Part shown: positions 50,831 through 63,045 of the stretch, piece after piece | How the letters are laid out: every line of letters starts with the position of its first letter | Position numbering within the stretch: position 1 is the stretch's first letter | Source: a virus | Strand: one strand, 5' to 3' | Virus record (IMG/VR): IMGVR_UViG_3300045988_124250 | DNA length: 64,000 nucleotides | Notes under the pieces: generated by a model | The model's database searches: none | What the model saw: only the letters and a program-made list of their open reading frames with translations | What the model was told of the DNA's origin: nothing | Program-made: the position numbers and the translations under genes

Positions 50831-53097
50831 TCCATCACTCCTACATGTTTGACTCGATGTTCAACTTCATCTTGCTTTCCTAAATTAAATGCAGTTTTAT
50901 AATTACCAGTTAAATAACCAGTTACACGACGAAGTTGCTGGATTTCTTTACTACCGCATTCTGGACATTTATCATTAAATTCGCCAGTATATCCGCACTT
51001 TAGACAAGTATCATTAGGAACATTTACAGCAAAATAAGGAATATCTTTATCCATAGCATAATTTACAATTTGCTCAAGAGCAGTTAAGTTATTAGATACA
51101 GTAGAATCTAACTCAACATAAGTAATACAACCGGCATTACTATATCCAGTTAATTGACTCTCAATATCAATTTTATCAAATGGGCTCATTTCTTTCCATA
51201 CAGGAACATGAATTGAATTAGTAAAAAATTCTTTATCACTTACATTAGGAATTTCGCCGTATTTAGCTTTAAATTTCTTCATTGCGGTATAACAGAGATT
51301 TTCCGCGGGAGTATAATAAACACCAAAGTTTAATTTATACTGTTCTTTAAATTCCGCACAACGCTGTTTAAATAAGGATTCAATTTTTTTTGCTAATTCC
51401 ATTCCTTCTGGAGTTGTATGGTCAGTACCAATAAGAATTTGTAGAGTTTCTGCCAGTCCTAACTAACCTAAAGCTAATGTTCCATGTTTAAGGGCACTTC
51501 TAATTCCTTCTTCTGGAATATAACCAGCCATTAGGCTATTTTCATACATAAACTTAGCAGAAGCAGGGCTTTGAGAACAAATCCAGTCAAAACGTTCAAT
51601 TAATTGATCCTTAGCCTCAGCAATTTTTTCATCAAGCAAATTCATAAATACTCTAATGCATTCATTAATTTTTACTTCATTATCTTCATCCAATACCTTA
51701 AAACTAAGAAGATTATTTACTCTAGTTTTTGCAATCATCGCCAAGGTAGGCATAATGATGGTTACTGGGCAAATATTTCCACGGCCATCTTTCAACTAAC
51801 CGAAACCGTTAATATCGTATCCATTGGCAGTTCGGCATCCCATTGTACTAAAATAGGTACGTGGGTCATTGATATCATATCCAGCATTCCCGGACCAATC
51901 AACATTCGCGTAGTTGGGGTATAATCTTTTGGCGGTGGATTGTAATGCGAGTTTAAACAAATCATAATTTGGGTCACCTGGTTCACGATTGACACCTTTC
52001 ATACATTGGAAAATCCCGCAAGGGAAAATAGAAGTTTTATGTAGCTTACCCAATCCCTCAAGAGATACTTCTAATAGAGCTTTTGTAATCATTCTTCCTT
52101 CTGGGAGAGTACAAGTTCCATAGTTAATAGAAGTAAATGGAAGTTGATTACCACTACGACTTTGAAGAGTATTTAAATTATGATACATACCTTCAACTGC
52201 TTGATGAATTTCTTTTTCTGTCTATTTTAGAGCATAATTATAAGCATTTTGATGACCAAATTGACTTTGTAATTCTTTATTAGAAATTTCAATAGGTTCA
52301 CAATCCTTCATAATTTGTAGAGCCATACCTTCACTGTAATCATCAACATCAGTTAAATATGCTTTAAAATGTTTTCTAAAACTCTTTTTAACATAAGGAA
52401 CCATAGTCCAATCAAGATGAGTAGCACTTACTCCACCAAACTATTGAAGAGATTGTAATTGGAAAATAACAGCAACCAATTGGAATGCTGTATTTACTGA
52501 ACCTGCTGGACGCACATCTGTTTGACGAGTATTAAATCCATTAGCAAGCAAATCATCAAATGGAATTGATAAACAGTTATGGTCGCCCACAGCATAATGG
52601 TCAAGGTCATGAGTATAAATCATATTCTCTTCATGATTACGCTTTGTCCGAGGGGAAACAATATAATCAAGAGCATATTGCTTCATTAAGAGACTATTGG
52701 CCTCGCCCATGCGTCCACCAAATGATGCTTCATCAACATTAGCATTTTGATTCTAAATATTAGCACCACGAATTTTTTCACCAATTGCCGTAATAAATTC
52801 AGTTGAATGAGTACGAGCGACTTCTTTTTTATATCTGTAACGAATATAAGCACGAGCAATATCAGGACGCTCTGATGTCATTAATACTTCTTCAATCCAA
52901 TTTTGAATATCTTCAACATTAACACTTCCATCAGGGAAATGGCTAGCTCTATATTCTACTTCATCAGCGATGCTATTAATACTATCTGATTCAAAAATAT
53001 TTTCATCGACAGCGATAAATGCTTTAGTAATAGCATCAATAATCTTTTGTTTGTTAAATGGCATTACATCGCCATTACGTTTAATTATATAAAACAT
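50827..53097 (-). CDS. nrdD: Anaerobic ribonucleoside-triphosphate reductase (about 756 codons, 5 in-frame TAGs)
   Basis: N-terminal ATP-cone and a C-terminal glycyl-radical motif RRVTGYLTG. ORF pieces 52753, 52441, 52222, 51796, 51463 and 50827 share one frame. Every junction stop is TAG: cta at 52753, 52441, 52222, 51796 and 51463. Confidence 0.8.
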
Positions 53098-53108
53098 TTA
53101 TAACCTCC

Positions 53109-53155
53109 GCACTAAATATAGTGGAAAAAATTAGGATATCCACTATATTTAGTGT
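53109..53155 (-). promoter_or_regulatory. Two tandem NrdR-box-like 16-bp palindromes 31 bp apart (centre to centre) in the nrdDG leader
   Basis: gCACTAaATATAGTGg at 53109-53124 and cCACTATATtTAGTGt at 53140-53155. Each matches the NrdR consensus acaCwAtATaTwGtgt at 13-14 of 16 positions. Together they form a hairpin directly upstream of the nrdD RBS. Confidence 0.6.
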
Positions 53156-53169
53156 TTGTTGTAAATAGA

Positions 53170-53766
53170 TTAATAAGTTGTGTCCAGATGCTCCGGCCAC
53201 CGAGACAGGAACAATGCTAAATCTTTATATATATATTCTAATTCCGCAGGAGTATTATTTACATATAACCAATTACATAAATCATCAGCATCTTCAAAAT
53301 CGAGTTTATCTGTTTTATATCGACGAATAATTTCATCAATATCCGGGTTAGCCTCTCGATTTAACTATCTAATTAATCGAATCTTATCATCTGCGTGGAT
53401 ATAAACGATAATTAAATTTACTCGTTTATCATGTAATAGAATCTCTGCGCCTTCTGGATTAAATACTCCTACATTGATAGCGCCCTCTTTGACTGATTCA
53501 ATTCCTGTGCCATAGCACCATTCATTAAAAACAGTAGCTTCAAACATTTGATTCTATAAAATCATTTCAGCAAATTTTTCTGCTGAAATAAAATGGTAGT
53601 TAATACCATCCACTTCTTTTTCTCTTGGAGGTCTTGAAGTATAACTTATAATTTCATGTAGAGGTAATTTACCATTATAATAATGCTTTGTATCATCAAT
53701 TAGTTTACGGAGAATGGTATCCTTACCACTCCCCGCTTCACCAATTAATGCTAATATATTATACAT
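53170..53766 (-). CDS. Guanylate-kinase-like nucleoside monophosphate kinase (about 198 codons, 2 TAGs)
   Basis: P-loop GEAGSGKDT and a GMP-kinase-like FISAEKFAEMI...YGT block. Junction stops at 53554 and 53365 are both TAG. Ends at TAA 53170-53172. Confidence 0.65.
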
Positions 53767-56700
53767 TAATTAGCTCCTCCATTATATCTCTCATCTTTTA
53801 ATTCAATATCGCCATTATCTAAAATTTTATCAATTTTATATAATTGATGACCGCCAGAGCTGGCATATTTCTTCGCTATAAAATTATCACCTTGACGAAT
53901 ACCTTGAACAGCAATCATATTACCACGATTAAACCAGCTTTTTTCCATTACTTTTTTAGTACCATCAGCTTGTTTTTCTGAAATTTGTTTATCAAATAAT
54001 GAGAAATATTCTTTTCTAAATTTAACTTCAACAACTCCAGAAGTAGTGAGTAATGTAACTGTTGACTTAGTTTTATTTTTAGCAATACAAGTCCCACAAA
54101 TCTTGTGTAATTTATACATAGTAATCGTTTTATTACCCTTAGAAAAAACTTTATCAACAATTGGTTCTTCTGGTAGATGGAAGAAATCGACAAATCCATA
54201 TTTACTATTATTTACATGGGCTAACTCATGCTCATGATAATAGAAACACAAGACTTCCATCTCCCACGCAGAAATAGATTTAGATGCATATTTATCCCAA
54301 TCATCTTTAAATATTTTATTATTTAATTTATTTAAAATAACATCTTTATTTTCTGTAATCCAAGCCCGGAATGTATCCATATATTTTTGATATACTTTAT
54401 CCCAAGCTTTAGAGTCTAAGAGACAACAACTACCAATTAAATCATCACAACCAATTTCAGTTAGGAAATTAATTGCTCGTTCATCAACTTTATACACATT
54501 ACCATCTTTACAAACGGCTTTTAAATATCTATTAAATTCATAAACTCGTCTTGCCATCACATATTCATCTTTATCTTCTGGCAATAAATTATAACGAATT
54601 AGAGTTGCTAAATTTTGTAATGTTAAACGAGATTTTTTATCGCAAGTTTCCCAAATATACCAAATCATTAAATCTTTGCGGTCCATCATTTCATCAAATG
54701 CGCCACTTTTAATTAATGAAATCATTGCTTGTTTACTAGGTTTAATACGATAATAAAAATCTTTTACTGATATATATGGACGATTTGCAATAATATTATT
54801 AATCAAATCATCCCCAACATTCAATAATCCTTTTAAACCAAATAGAATTTGATTATTTTCAACATCAGGCGCAAACCCAAATTTAGCTTTATTAATATCA
54901 GCTAAACTGACTTTAATACCAGCAGACTGAATATCTCCAATCGCTTTTGCAATTTTACCATAATCAGTACTAGCCACTTTTTTATTTTTTGGTTTATTCT
55001 CCATTACATCTTCTGGAGAAACACCACAATATTCTTCGCCAGAATAATCATAATCTTCATCGCTCATTTCTTCTGGCTCATTTTCTAATGCTCCACTATT
55101 TACAATCAAACAAGCACAATTCCAATAAATAGGATTGAAATTAATTGCCAAATAAATCATTTGAATTGCAACAAATGAGTAAGGAAGAGAATGATTTAAA
55201 CTAAATGCATATCCCAATTGAGGAGCGATTGCATTTTCCCAAAAATATTCAGCATTATGTTCATTAGTAAACTTGCTAAATACTTGTTCTTTTAGTTGAG
55301 GAATTTTTGCCATTTGTTTTTTGGCAACGACTTTACGTGCGCTATTTGCTTCGCCTAATGTAAATCCAGCGACATCCATAAGAATTTCCATCATTTGCTC
55401 TTGAAGCGGACAGCATCCATAATATCTATCACAATGCTTGTGCATTTTTTCAATCATTTCTTCTGGTAAATGATTATCTTTCATCTCTTTATCAAAAACT
55501 TCAATGCCTGCTTTTTGAATTCGATAATATCTATCTTGCTGACTTTCTTTGCCCTTTTCACTCATTAGACGCATCATAGCATTTGCCGCTGTCATTTCCA
55601 TAGGGTCTTTTGGCTTCAATTTTTTAGCAATAGCTAAACCTACACCAGTAGAAAACTGGAATACATCAAGAATGTCTCCGGCTGCCAGATGTTCCCAAAT
55701 GCGCTTGTCAGAAGTATCTATTACTTCTGGATGAAGATATTTATTATAAAAATCACGTAGACCAATATCAGGAATTTGATTATCCTCTTTTAATAAATTA
55801 TAACATTGAATAATCTTATCGCAAGCTTCTGTTACCAAGAAGTCATATTTAGTATCTCCAGCGGCTTCAGCTTTATGCAAATCCCAACAAGTAATTAAAT
55901 CACCACTGGGGGTTTTCATAAATGATGCAGTTTCAAATGGGTCTTCTCCATATAGAATAACGCCAGAAGCATGAGAAGAACGTTTATTAACGATACCCTC
56001 AATGTATACAATAATATCCAATAGACCAGGATACTGATTTACTTTTTGAATAAATGTGGTAACTGGTTTTCTGTCTTTATCAGGATTACCATTTACTACA
56101 TCTTTCATCGGCCATAGAAATCCACGTTCTTGCGGGATTAATGAAGACATAAATTGCGCTTCATCTACATCAATGCCATTTGGATAATCATCACTTCTAT
56201 AACCACGACAAGCAGTTAAAATCGCTTGCTTTGTTCCTTCAGTTCCAAACGTTGCAACTTGAATTAAACCTAATGTTCCGCGCTCTTTACGAATAGCACT
56301 AAAAATTGCAGGGCGTTTACTTGGTGCTAGGTCAATATCAATATCAGGTAATTCAGCGCGCTCTAAGTTCAAGAAACGCCAATATGGTAATCCCCAACGA
56401 ATTGGATCTAGCTGAGTAATTCCCAGTAAATAATTAGATAAGAAACCAGTTGCTGAGCCTCGACCGGGGCCAACAATACTTCCGCACTCCCAGAACAAAT
56501 CAATATAATGTTTAAATGTATTAAAATAAGCAAACAAACAATCTTCAAGTTTTTCGCCAATATTTTTAATTACATTAGCTTCAGTTTCAAGCCGAGCAAT
56601 ATATGTTTCATTTTCATATAATTGTTTTTCTTGTAATGCTTTAATACATTCATTTATCCAATATCGTTCTTGAATATCATCACTATTAATCAGTGAACAA

Positions 56701-57737
56701 ATAACAGGATATTTTTCATACCAATCTTTTGGAATAAATCCCTTTTTATAGTCTAATACTTCTACTCTTGGAATTTGTTGTTTGCGCTCAAGAGAATAGA
56801 ATTTTATTTTCTTTTGAATTTCTAATGTATTATCAAAAATCCAATTCATAATTTCTTGAGGAGTTTTATTTTTATCCCAAGTATCCATATATGGTAGCAT
56901 TAATTCTTCTACTTCATCGCTATTCATTACATAAGCAAATTCATAGAATGAATCAACTTCACGCTCGCCATCTTTAGAATTTAAATAGGCTTTATGAATT
57001 GGTCTATCTTTCTTTGTTAAATAATGAGCGTCAGTTCCAACTACCATTTTTAAATCATATGCTTTTGCTACTTGATAAATTTTTTGATTTACTACAAGTT
57101 GGTCTTTCATGGTAGACGGAGCGCACTCTAAATAAAAATCATCTTTACCAAAAACATTTATACAAAATTCAATAAATTTAACAATATTATTATAATAAAT
57201 GCTTTTAGTTTGTGTATCGCCTACAACTTCGGCTTCATACATTGGATACAAATTAGAACCTAATTCACCACCAATACAAGCTGTTGTTGCGATTACATGC
57301 CCTTTATATTGTACCATTACATTTTTCAATTCAGATTTTAATGTTGGCACTCGTTCCATTTTTCTATCAATATAAGAATTAATCCAAGCAATTGAACTTA
57401 ATTCTTTTAATGCTTTATATCCAATTTCATCTTTTGCCAATAAAATAAAATGATAATACTTTTGACCGCAATCTCTTGTATCAGTCAAATAAATTTCATT
57501 GCCTAATGCGATAGTAAAATCAGGATGCTCTTTTAAAAAATCTTTTGCAAATTGATTAACTTCCATATGAGCAGATAAACATTCGTGATCAGTAATTGCT
57601 ATACCACTTAATCCTAATTTTTCTGCTGTTTTAATCAACTCTTCTGGTCTATTAATAGAATCTAATAAACGCAGATTTGAATAGTGAGTATGGTTGTGTA
57701 CGCCAAAATATGGTCGCATAATCCACCTCTTTCTCAT
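53766..57737 (-). CDS. dnaE: DNA polymerase III alpha subunit, DnaE-type with N-terminal PHP domain (1323 aa, no TAG)
   Basis: Uninterrupted 1323-aa ORF. PHP motif GVHNHTHYS...ITDHE, a polymerase core and a C-terminal OB fold. RBS AGAGGTGGA. Confidence 0.85.
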   Translation of the reverse strand: MRKRWIMRPYFGVHNHTHYSNLRLLDSINRPEELIKTAEKLGLSGIAITDHECLSAHMEVNQFAKDFLKEHPDFTIALGNEIYLTDTRDCGQKYYHFILLAKDEIGYKALKELSSIAWINSYIDRKMERVPTLKSELKNVMVQYKGHVIATTACIGGELGSNLYPMYEAEVVGDTQTKSIYYNNIVKFIEFCINVFGKDDFYLECAPSTMKDQLVVNQKIYQVAKAYDLKMVVGTDAHYLTKKDRPIHKAYLNSKDGEREVDSFYEFAYVMNSDEVEELMLPYMDTWDKNKTPQEIMNWIFDNTLEIQKKIKFYSLERKQQIPRVEVLDYKKGFIPKDWYEKYPVICSLINSDDIQERYWINECIKALQEKQLYENETYIARLETEANVIKNIGEKLEDCLFAYFNTFKHYIDLFWECGSIVGPGRGSATGFLSNYLLGITQLDPIRWGLPYWRFLNLERAELPDIDIDLAPSKRPAIFSAIRKERGTLGLIQVATFGTEGTKQAILTACRGYRSDDYPNGIDVDEAQFMSSLIPQERGFLWPMKDVVNGNPDKDRKPVTTFIQKVNQYPGLLDIIVYIEGIVNKRSSHASGVILYGEDPFETASFMKTPSGDLITCWDLHKAEAAGDTKYDFLVTEACDKIIQCYNLLKEDNQIPDIGLRDFYNKYLHPEVIDTSDKRIWEHLAAGDILDVFQFSTGVGLAIAKKLKPKDPMEMTAANAMMRLMSEKGKESQQDRYYRIQKAGIEVFDKEMKDNHLPEEMIEKMHKHCDRYYGCCPLQEQMMEILMDVAGFTLGEANSARKVVAKKQMAKIPQLKEQVFSKFTNEHNAEYFWENAIAPQLGYAFSLNHSLPYSFVAIQMIYLAINFNPIYWNCACLIVNSGALENEPEEMSDEDYDYSGEEYCGVSPEDVMENKPKNKKVASTDYGKIAKAIGDIQSAGIKVSLADINKAKFGFAPDVENNQILFGLKGLLNVGDDLINNIIANRPYISVKDFYYRIKPSKQAMISLIKSGAFDEMMDRKDLMIWYIWETCDKKSRLTLQNLATLIRYNLLPEDKDEYVMARRVYEFNRYLKAVCKDGNVYKVDERAINFLTEIGCDDLIGSCCLLDSKAWDKVYQKYMDTFRAWITENKDVILNKLNNKIFKDDWDKYASKSISAWEMEVLCFYYHEHELAHVNNSKYGFVDFFHLPEEPIVDKVFSKGNKTITMYKLHKICGTCIAKNKTKSTVTLLTTSGVVEVKFRKEYFSLFDKQISEKQADGTKKVMEKSWFNRGNMIAVQGIRQGDNFIAKKYASSGGHQLYKIDKILDNGDIELKDERYNGGAN

Positions 57738-57781
57738 TTATTTTATTTATAATAATATTATATCAAATAATTTATTATAAA

Positions 57782-58387
57782 TCAATCATCTACGGTAAAT
57801 GTTGTATTATAAATCCGATTTAACATATCAATCCAACAATTATATAAAGGTCTATACCGAGGCGGCACCCACGGCGGAGAGAGACAAATAATTATAATAT
57901 CATAATCTTCCATTGTTAAATCAAAATTTTCAATGCTATCTTGTCTGGTTAAATAATTATTTTTATCCAGATGACACTAAATAGAATTATCATTATGAAT
58001 CCAATTATATTGACTAACCGCATAACCATGTTCATAAGCATATTTTACCCAATTACCACAATTCAATTCATCTTCTGGTTCAACTTCATTATATTGAATA
58101 TCATGATGATGGTCTATATTAGTTATTTCAATAAGATCATTTAATGGGAGATATTTAATTACTCGATGATGTGAAGTTATAAAATGCACATTTTCTTTTT
58201 TAATATGTTTTGTTTGTCGAAGAATCATTTGAGTCAAACGATTATATAATTCCCCATCAAATTGTGTATAATTTAGTAAATCAAAATTAGCTATTAGAGT
58301 TTTCCAATCCTATTGTACTAAATTATTATATAACGGTAATGATTCCCACATTAATATATCAAAATCAATAGTTAATACTTTTGTCAT
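57782..58387 (-). CDS. Hypothetical protein (about 201 codons, 2 TAGs)
   Basis: ATGA overlap with the upstream helicase stop. ORF 57977-58237 is internal to it. Ends at TGA 57782-57784. Confidence 0.45.
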
Positions 58388-59580
58388 TTTCTAATTAATA
58401 CCAACCTCTCTTTAGCTCTTGTGGCTAAGGTATAGAGATATTTTTTATGAGTTTCTCTATCATAAGGCGGAGCCTCTTCAAACCCTAATACTTTATTATA
58501 TTCACTACCTTGAGCTTTCCAGCAAGTAATGGCATAGGCATATGAAAAATCAAATGGAGGGTCAGGGCAATTTTTATTCTTTTTAATTTGATAAATTTGT
58601 TTTCCTTCAAATGTTTTTTTACCAGTTAACAGTTGGTTATAATCAATAGGAACTCCACAAAATGTATCATCATCGTCAAGTCTTAATTGAGCATACATAA
58701 ATGGTACAGGGTTTTTATAAATCCAATAGGGAAACCGTATATCTTCAACGTAGAAATCTTCTAATGTCCCAATGGTCCCATTAGTTAATGCCCATGTATG
58801 ACTAGAAGACATAAACTCCCATTGATTATGTAGTCCGATTAATTTATCTCCAAGGCAAGGTCTATCAGGATCATATCCTTTTTGAGTTCGAACTATACGA
58901 TTAATATCATTTCGTTTTTCATTTGTTGAGCAAATAATTTGGTCTGCCCAATTATACATCTAAGGCAGCATTTCATCCCATTTAAACCGAATTAAAACTT
59001 GTTCTTCAGTACCTTTATAGGAAGAAATTGGTTTGTTATCACGAATCCACATTGAGAATCTAATAATTTCACTATCTTGCGCTTGACGCATAATTTCATC
59101 AAGGAAAACGTGGGGATTGTCGAGAACATGATTATTATCTTCATCGACTATTGGTGGTAATTGGCCGGGGTCGCCGGTTGCCAAAATATAAATACCATGA
59201 GATAGAAGTAATTCCCACATGGCTTTAGGAAGCATTGAAACTTCATCTACTACAATTACTTTGTATTGTACTATTTCCTCTCTTGGTCTTGGAAAAAATT
59301 TATATGTTCCATTAGGTGTAATCCGCGCTTTATATAATAACTAATGAGCAGTAGTCGCATTCGGACAACCTTTAGTCTAGAGAACTGTAGCCGCTTTACC
59401 AGTAAATGCTACATAACAAACTTCTTCTTCTGGATTTACTCCCAAGGCAGAAATAATAAATTTAATTAAAGTTGATTTACCACTTCCAGCATAACCTGCT
59501 ATTACTGTATATCGTTCTTTATTTTTATATCGTTCTACTGCTATTTTTAATCCTTGTTCTTGTTTATTTGTTAAAATCAT
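58384..59580 (-). CDS. Dda/RecD-like SF1 DNA helicase (about 398 codons, 3 TAGs)
   Basis: Walker A AGYAGSGKST, Walker B VIVVDEVSML, ILATGDPGQLPPI and ITCWKAQGSEY. ORF pieces 59377, 58960 and 58384 share one frame and are joined by TAG at 59377, 59341 and 58960. Confidence 0.75.
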
Positions 59581-59608
59581 TTATATCACCATTTTGGTAT
59601 AAAAATTT

Positions 59609-59812
59609 TTAAATCACTTTTTCATTTTGGATTTCGGTTCTCAGAGCCATAAACGACTGAGCGAAATCTTCTGGCGTTGTAAGGAATGTCTCTGCGAAAA
59701 TTTTACTAATTTCAAATACTTCATTGTATATCTCATTATCAGATTTTTCTGTATTATATAGTAAATTATGTAAGTCTTGAGCAATATCCCAAGCTGATTT
59801 AAATTCTGTCAT
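59609..59812 (-). CDS. Small hypothetical protein (67 aa, TAG-free)
   Basis: Start MTEFKSAWD with RBS GGAGATAAT, internal to ORF 59609-59896. Confidence 0.4.
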   Translation of the reverse strand: MTEFKSAWDIAQDLHNLLYNTEKSDNEIYNEVFEISKIFAETFLTTPEDFAQSFMALRTEIQNEKVI

Positions 59813-59876
59813 ATTATCTCCATAAATGAAAATAAGGGTTATATGGAGAAATACCTCTCCATATAACCATATATAA

Positions 59877-60707
59877 TTAAGATGCAAAATATTCAAAAGC
59901 GATTAAAGCATTTGATTGTCTCACATCATAAGAACCTGATCCACAGCGCTCATAACATTTAGCAAATGCTAATGCAATTTCTTCAATATCAGTCATTTCA
60001 ATAAAATCATCATAATCAAATCCTGATTTATATTCACTACCAAATGAATTAAATTCATTTTCAATAGTTTCAACTAAATATTGACATTGTTCAGATAAAT
60101 CCATACCTTTAGTATTACTATATTTTAAGCTCCATTGGCATATGCCATAATATCCTGGATGGGTATTGGTAGTATGCTCAATATCTAAAGTATGCCCACC
60201 AACCTCAGCCATTATATTACCAAGGATACCGGCACATATTTCATCGCTATATCCTTGATCGCTTAAATATAACCAAATACTAGAAGCAGTTGGGTATTTC
60301 TCAATTCGAATTTCCCAACGTTTTTGTTCTAACCGATTTTCATAAATTGTAATCAATTTATTTAATTGTTCAATTTCAGCAGTCGTTGTTTTAACTACTG
60401 GATGTTTATCGGTATATCCTAAATTATCAGCCAATACTAGCATTTGTTCAGCGGATTCTTTTAATGTTTTACACTCTTGGATTAGTGTTCTTAATTCTTG
60501 TGTATCTTCTGTTTTAGATATATTTCTAATTTGTTTATACTCAATCGTAGTAGTAAGATCTACCACAGAAGACATTTCAGAAGGGATGTAAGCTTCCGAA
60601 AGTGCATTTCGAGTAATAACTGATGCTTCAACAGTTTTAATGCTGCATCCAATAATTAGTACACAGCTTAATGCAATCAGCCATTTATTCAAAATAGTAT
60701 TTTTCAT
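59877..60707 (-). CDS. Lipoprotein (276 aa, TAG-free) with a lysozyme/transglycosylase-like C-terminal domain
   Basis: Signal peptide with lipobox LIIGC|S and RBS AGGAGG. C-terminal motif GILGNIMAEVGG...GYYGICQWS. Confidence 0.6.
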   Translation of the reverse strand: MKNTILNKWLIALSCVLIIGCSIKTVEASVITRNALSEAYIPSEMSSVVDLTTTIEYKQIRNISKTEDTQELRTLIQECKTLKESAEQMLVLADNLGYTDKHPVVKTTTAEIEQLNKLITIYENRLEQKRWEIRIEKYPTASSIWLYLSDQGYSDEICAGILGNIMAEVGGHTLDIEHTTNTHPGYYGICQWSLKYSNTKGMDLSEQCQYLVETIENEFNSFGSEYKSGFDYDDFIEMTDIEEIALAFAKCYERCGSGSYDVRQSNALIAFEYFAS

Positions 60708-60760
60708 AATTGTAATTCCTCCTAATAGGTTTTTGGTCTATTAGTCGTAAGTGTCAATTA

Positions 60761-62506
60761 TTAAAAATAATAATTTGCCCTATCTACAATTTCGTAATCT
60801 TTAATCATAACTTGAGGACTAATTTTATTATTCCAAATATTTCGTTCGCATTCACCAACGATATTAATTGTCACATAACCTAATTCAGAATATAGTTTAT
60901 CATATTCCTCTTCAGACGACCTAAACTTCATAAAATTGATGCCGTTAGGCAACATTATCTTTAGAGTAGGATTTTTATCTGGCGATAGAATACGTATATT
61001 GTCTTTATGGACTTTAATACCTTCTACTGCAATTTCAGCTTCTTCTACTCCTTGGCCCCATAAGCTTTTCATTCCTGCGATATCAATAACTTCATCAGGA
61101 GTCAGCTCATCTGATTTGTAGATAAAATCTACATTATAGATTGGGGTGAAATCAAAACCGTCTAGAGCAGAATTTGTAGATGCAATAAATGCGCTAATAT
61201 CTTCATCTTTAATACCAACACCAAATGCATTTGCATGGCCTTCGGCGTACATAACATATTTATTATTTTCTAAAAATCCTCTAAAATCTTTCAATCGAGA
61301 TTTGTCGTATCCTCTACCAGACCCTTCCCAAGTTATTGTACCATCTTCATTTTCAATTCTATTTAAGATTAAAACAGGTCTTTGATATTCACTCATTAAT
61401 TGATTTGCTATTAATCCAGTTAGGTTGCGGTCAGTAATCAAATCATCTAATTGAACGATTAAGATTTTATTACTCAATAAGTTTTGATTTACGATTATCT
61501 ATTCAATTTTTTCCAAGCTATTGTCTCGAATTTTGGTTTGCCTACTTTTAATATTGGTACAATTTCGACAAGCTTGTTCTACTCTCGTCTCTGCTTGACC
61601 TTTACATCCACGTTTCGTTGATGGGACAAGTTCGTATCCCCGAAAATCAAGCATTGATTCGAATAGCATGAGCTTTTCTTCTTGCGTTCCGACGCGAGTT
61701 GTCGCGTTAATTAATGGAGCAATATAAAAAGCTACTCCAATAGGTGTAATCTCATTTGTAAAATGAAATTGGTCTTTATCAATCGCACCTCTGAAGTAAG
61801 GATTGCGGATTTGTTGAAGTCCTTTATCTATTAATCTTCTTGTTTCAAAATCTCGCACATCCATCATGTCGGCCACCAATCCAAGAGCTACTAAATCTAA
61901 AAACTTCTACGCATGGTTAGTTTTTAATAACATATCAATGTAGCAACAAAATTTCCAGACCATCGCTACACCAGATAATGATTTAGTAGGATAATCACAT
62001 AACTAATTATTAATTACACAAGCATATTTAGAAATGTGATCAGCTTCATGGTGGTCTATTACCAGCACGTCAACTCCACTTAGATTTAAATATTCATGAG
62101 CTTCATAATCATTTGAACTTGAATCTGGAGCGATTACTAATTTAACATCTTCTGGAATTGTATCTGGAATGATACCGTGCTGTTTTCCCATATGGACACG
62201 ATAAGAAATGTTATTATTCACAAAACTGGGAAATAGACAATATAGATAATTCATAAGTAATGCGGCAGAAGTATATCCATCACAATCACTATCTACCTAT
62301 ATCAGAACTTTGTCATTTTGTGAAATATGTTTAATAAGCATTTTAGCACCTTCATCCAAGTGCGGTATTAACCGAGGGTCTAAAATGTCATTATCAGTAG
62401 TGTTTAAATAATGATTAATCTAATCGTAGGGTATTCCACGATTTACTAGCACTTGTTCTACCGGTGTATATATCGGGAACTCGGGTGCTCTTAGGCGGTA
62501 TTCCAT
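60761..62506 (-). CDS. RecJ-like DHH/DHHA1 single-strand DNA exonuclease (about 581 codons, 4 TAGs)
   Basis: DHH motif I VDSDCDGYTSAALL, motif III VLVIDHHEA, and DHHA1 AEGHANAFG. ORF pieces 62003, 61499 and 60761 share one frame and are linked by TAG. RBS AAAGGAGGG plus ATG at 62506. Confidence 0.7.
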
Positions 62507-62577
62507 AGAATAGTCACCCTCCTTTCATTAAACCACTACCCATATATTTTAATTTTTTTATTAAATTTATTATTTAT

Positions 62578-62890
62578 ATCAGTCCTTCTCTGGATAATAA
62601 TATTCAAACCCATGATATGGAAAACAAGTAGTACAAGGTTTAATAATAGTATCGACAATATCATCAGCAATTTCACGGTCAATATAAGAAATATTACACC
62701 TGTATCCTCGGCTATTAGTATTACCTCGTAGAGCTCGCCAATTATCTCCATTTTCATAAGTAATTGTATATTCAGTTTTAGTTTTAACTATTTGGACAGG
62801 ATTAATATGAAGCTATTCATATTTTGTCGCTATTCGATCTAATTGTTTTACTGCTGAAATCCAACGATTACCCCAAACGATACCATTCAT
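62578..62890 (-). CDS. Hypothetical protein (about 104 codons, 1 TAG)
   Basis: Protein-like composition (MNGIVWGNRWISAVKQLDRIATKYE...CTTCFPYHGFEYYYPEKD) in a frame different from the Ile/Leu-only ORF 62536-62757. Confidence 0.35.
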
Positions 62891-63045
62891 ATTGTGTTCC
62901 TTTCTTTATTATTTTTCCACAATTGGGACACTTATCATATTCTTCTTTAAAACTTTTATAACATAATGGACATTGATATCTTATATCTGGGAATGGGTCT
63001 AAATCTGCGGCTGCATTATATTTATTCCAATGTAATTCGCTCATT
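62868..63045 (-). CDS. Small zinc-ribbon protein (58 aa; CPLC...CPNC)
   Basis: MSELHWNKYNAAADLDPFPDIRYQCPLCYKSFKEEYDKCPNCGK. The start overlaps the primase stop. Confidence 0.45.

Noticed and set aside
50827-53097. nrdD (and the helicase, recJ and kinase genes) looking like fragmented pseudogenes
   Set aside because: Every interrupting stop is TAG, and the fragments stay in one frame with conserved motifs across the junctions. Decay would produce frameshifts and a mix of stop codons.
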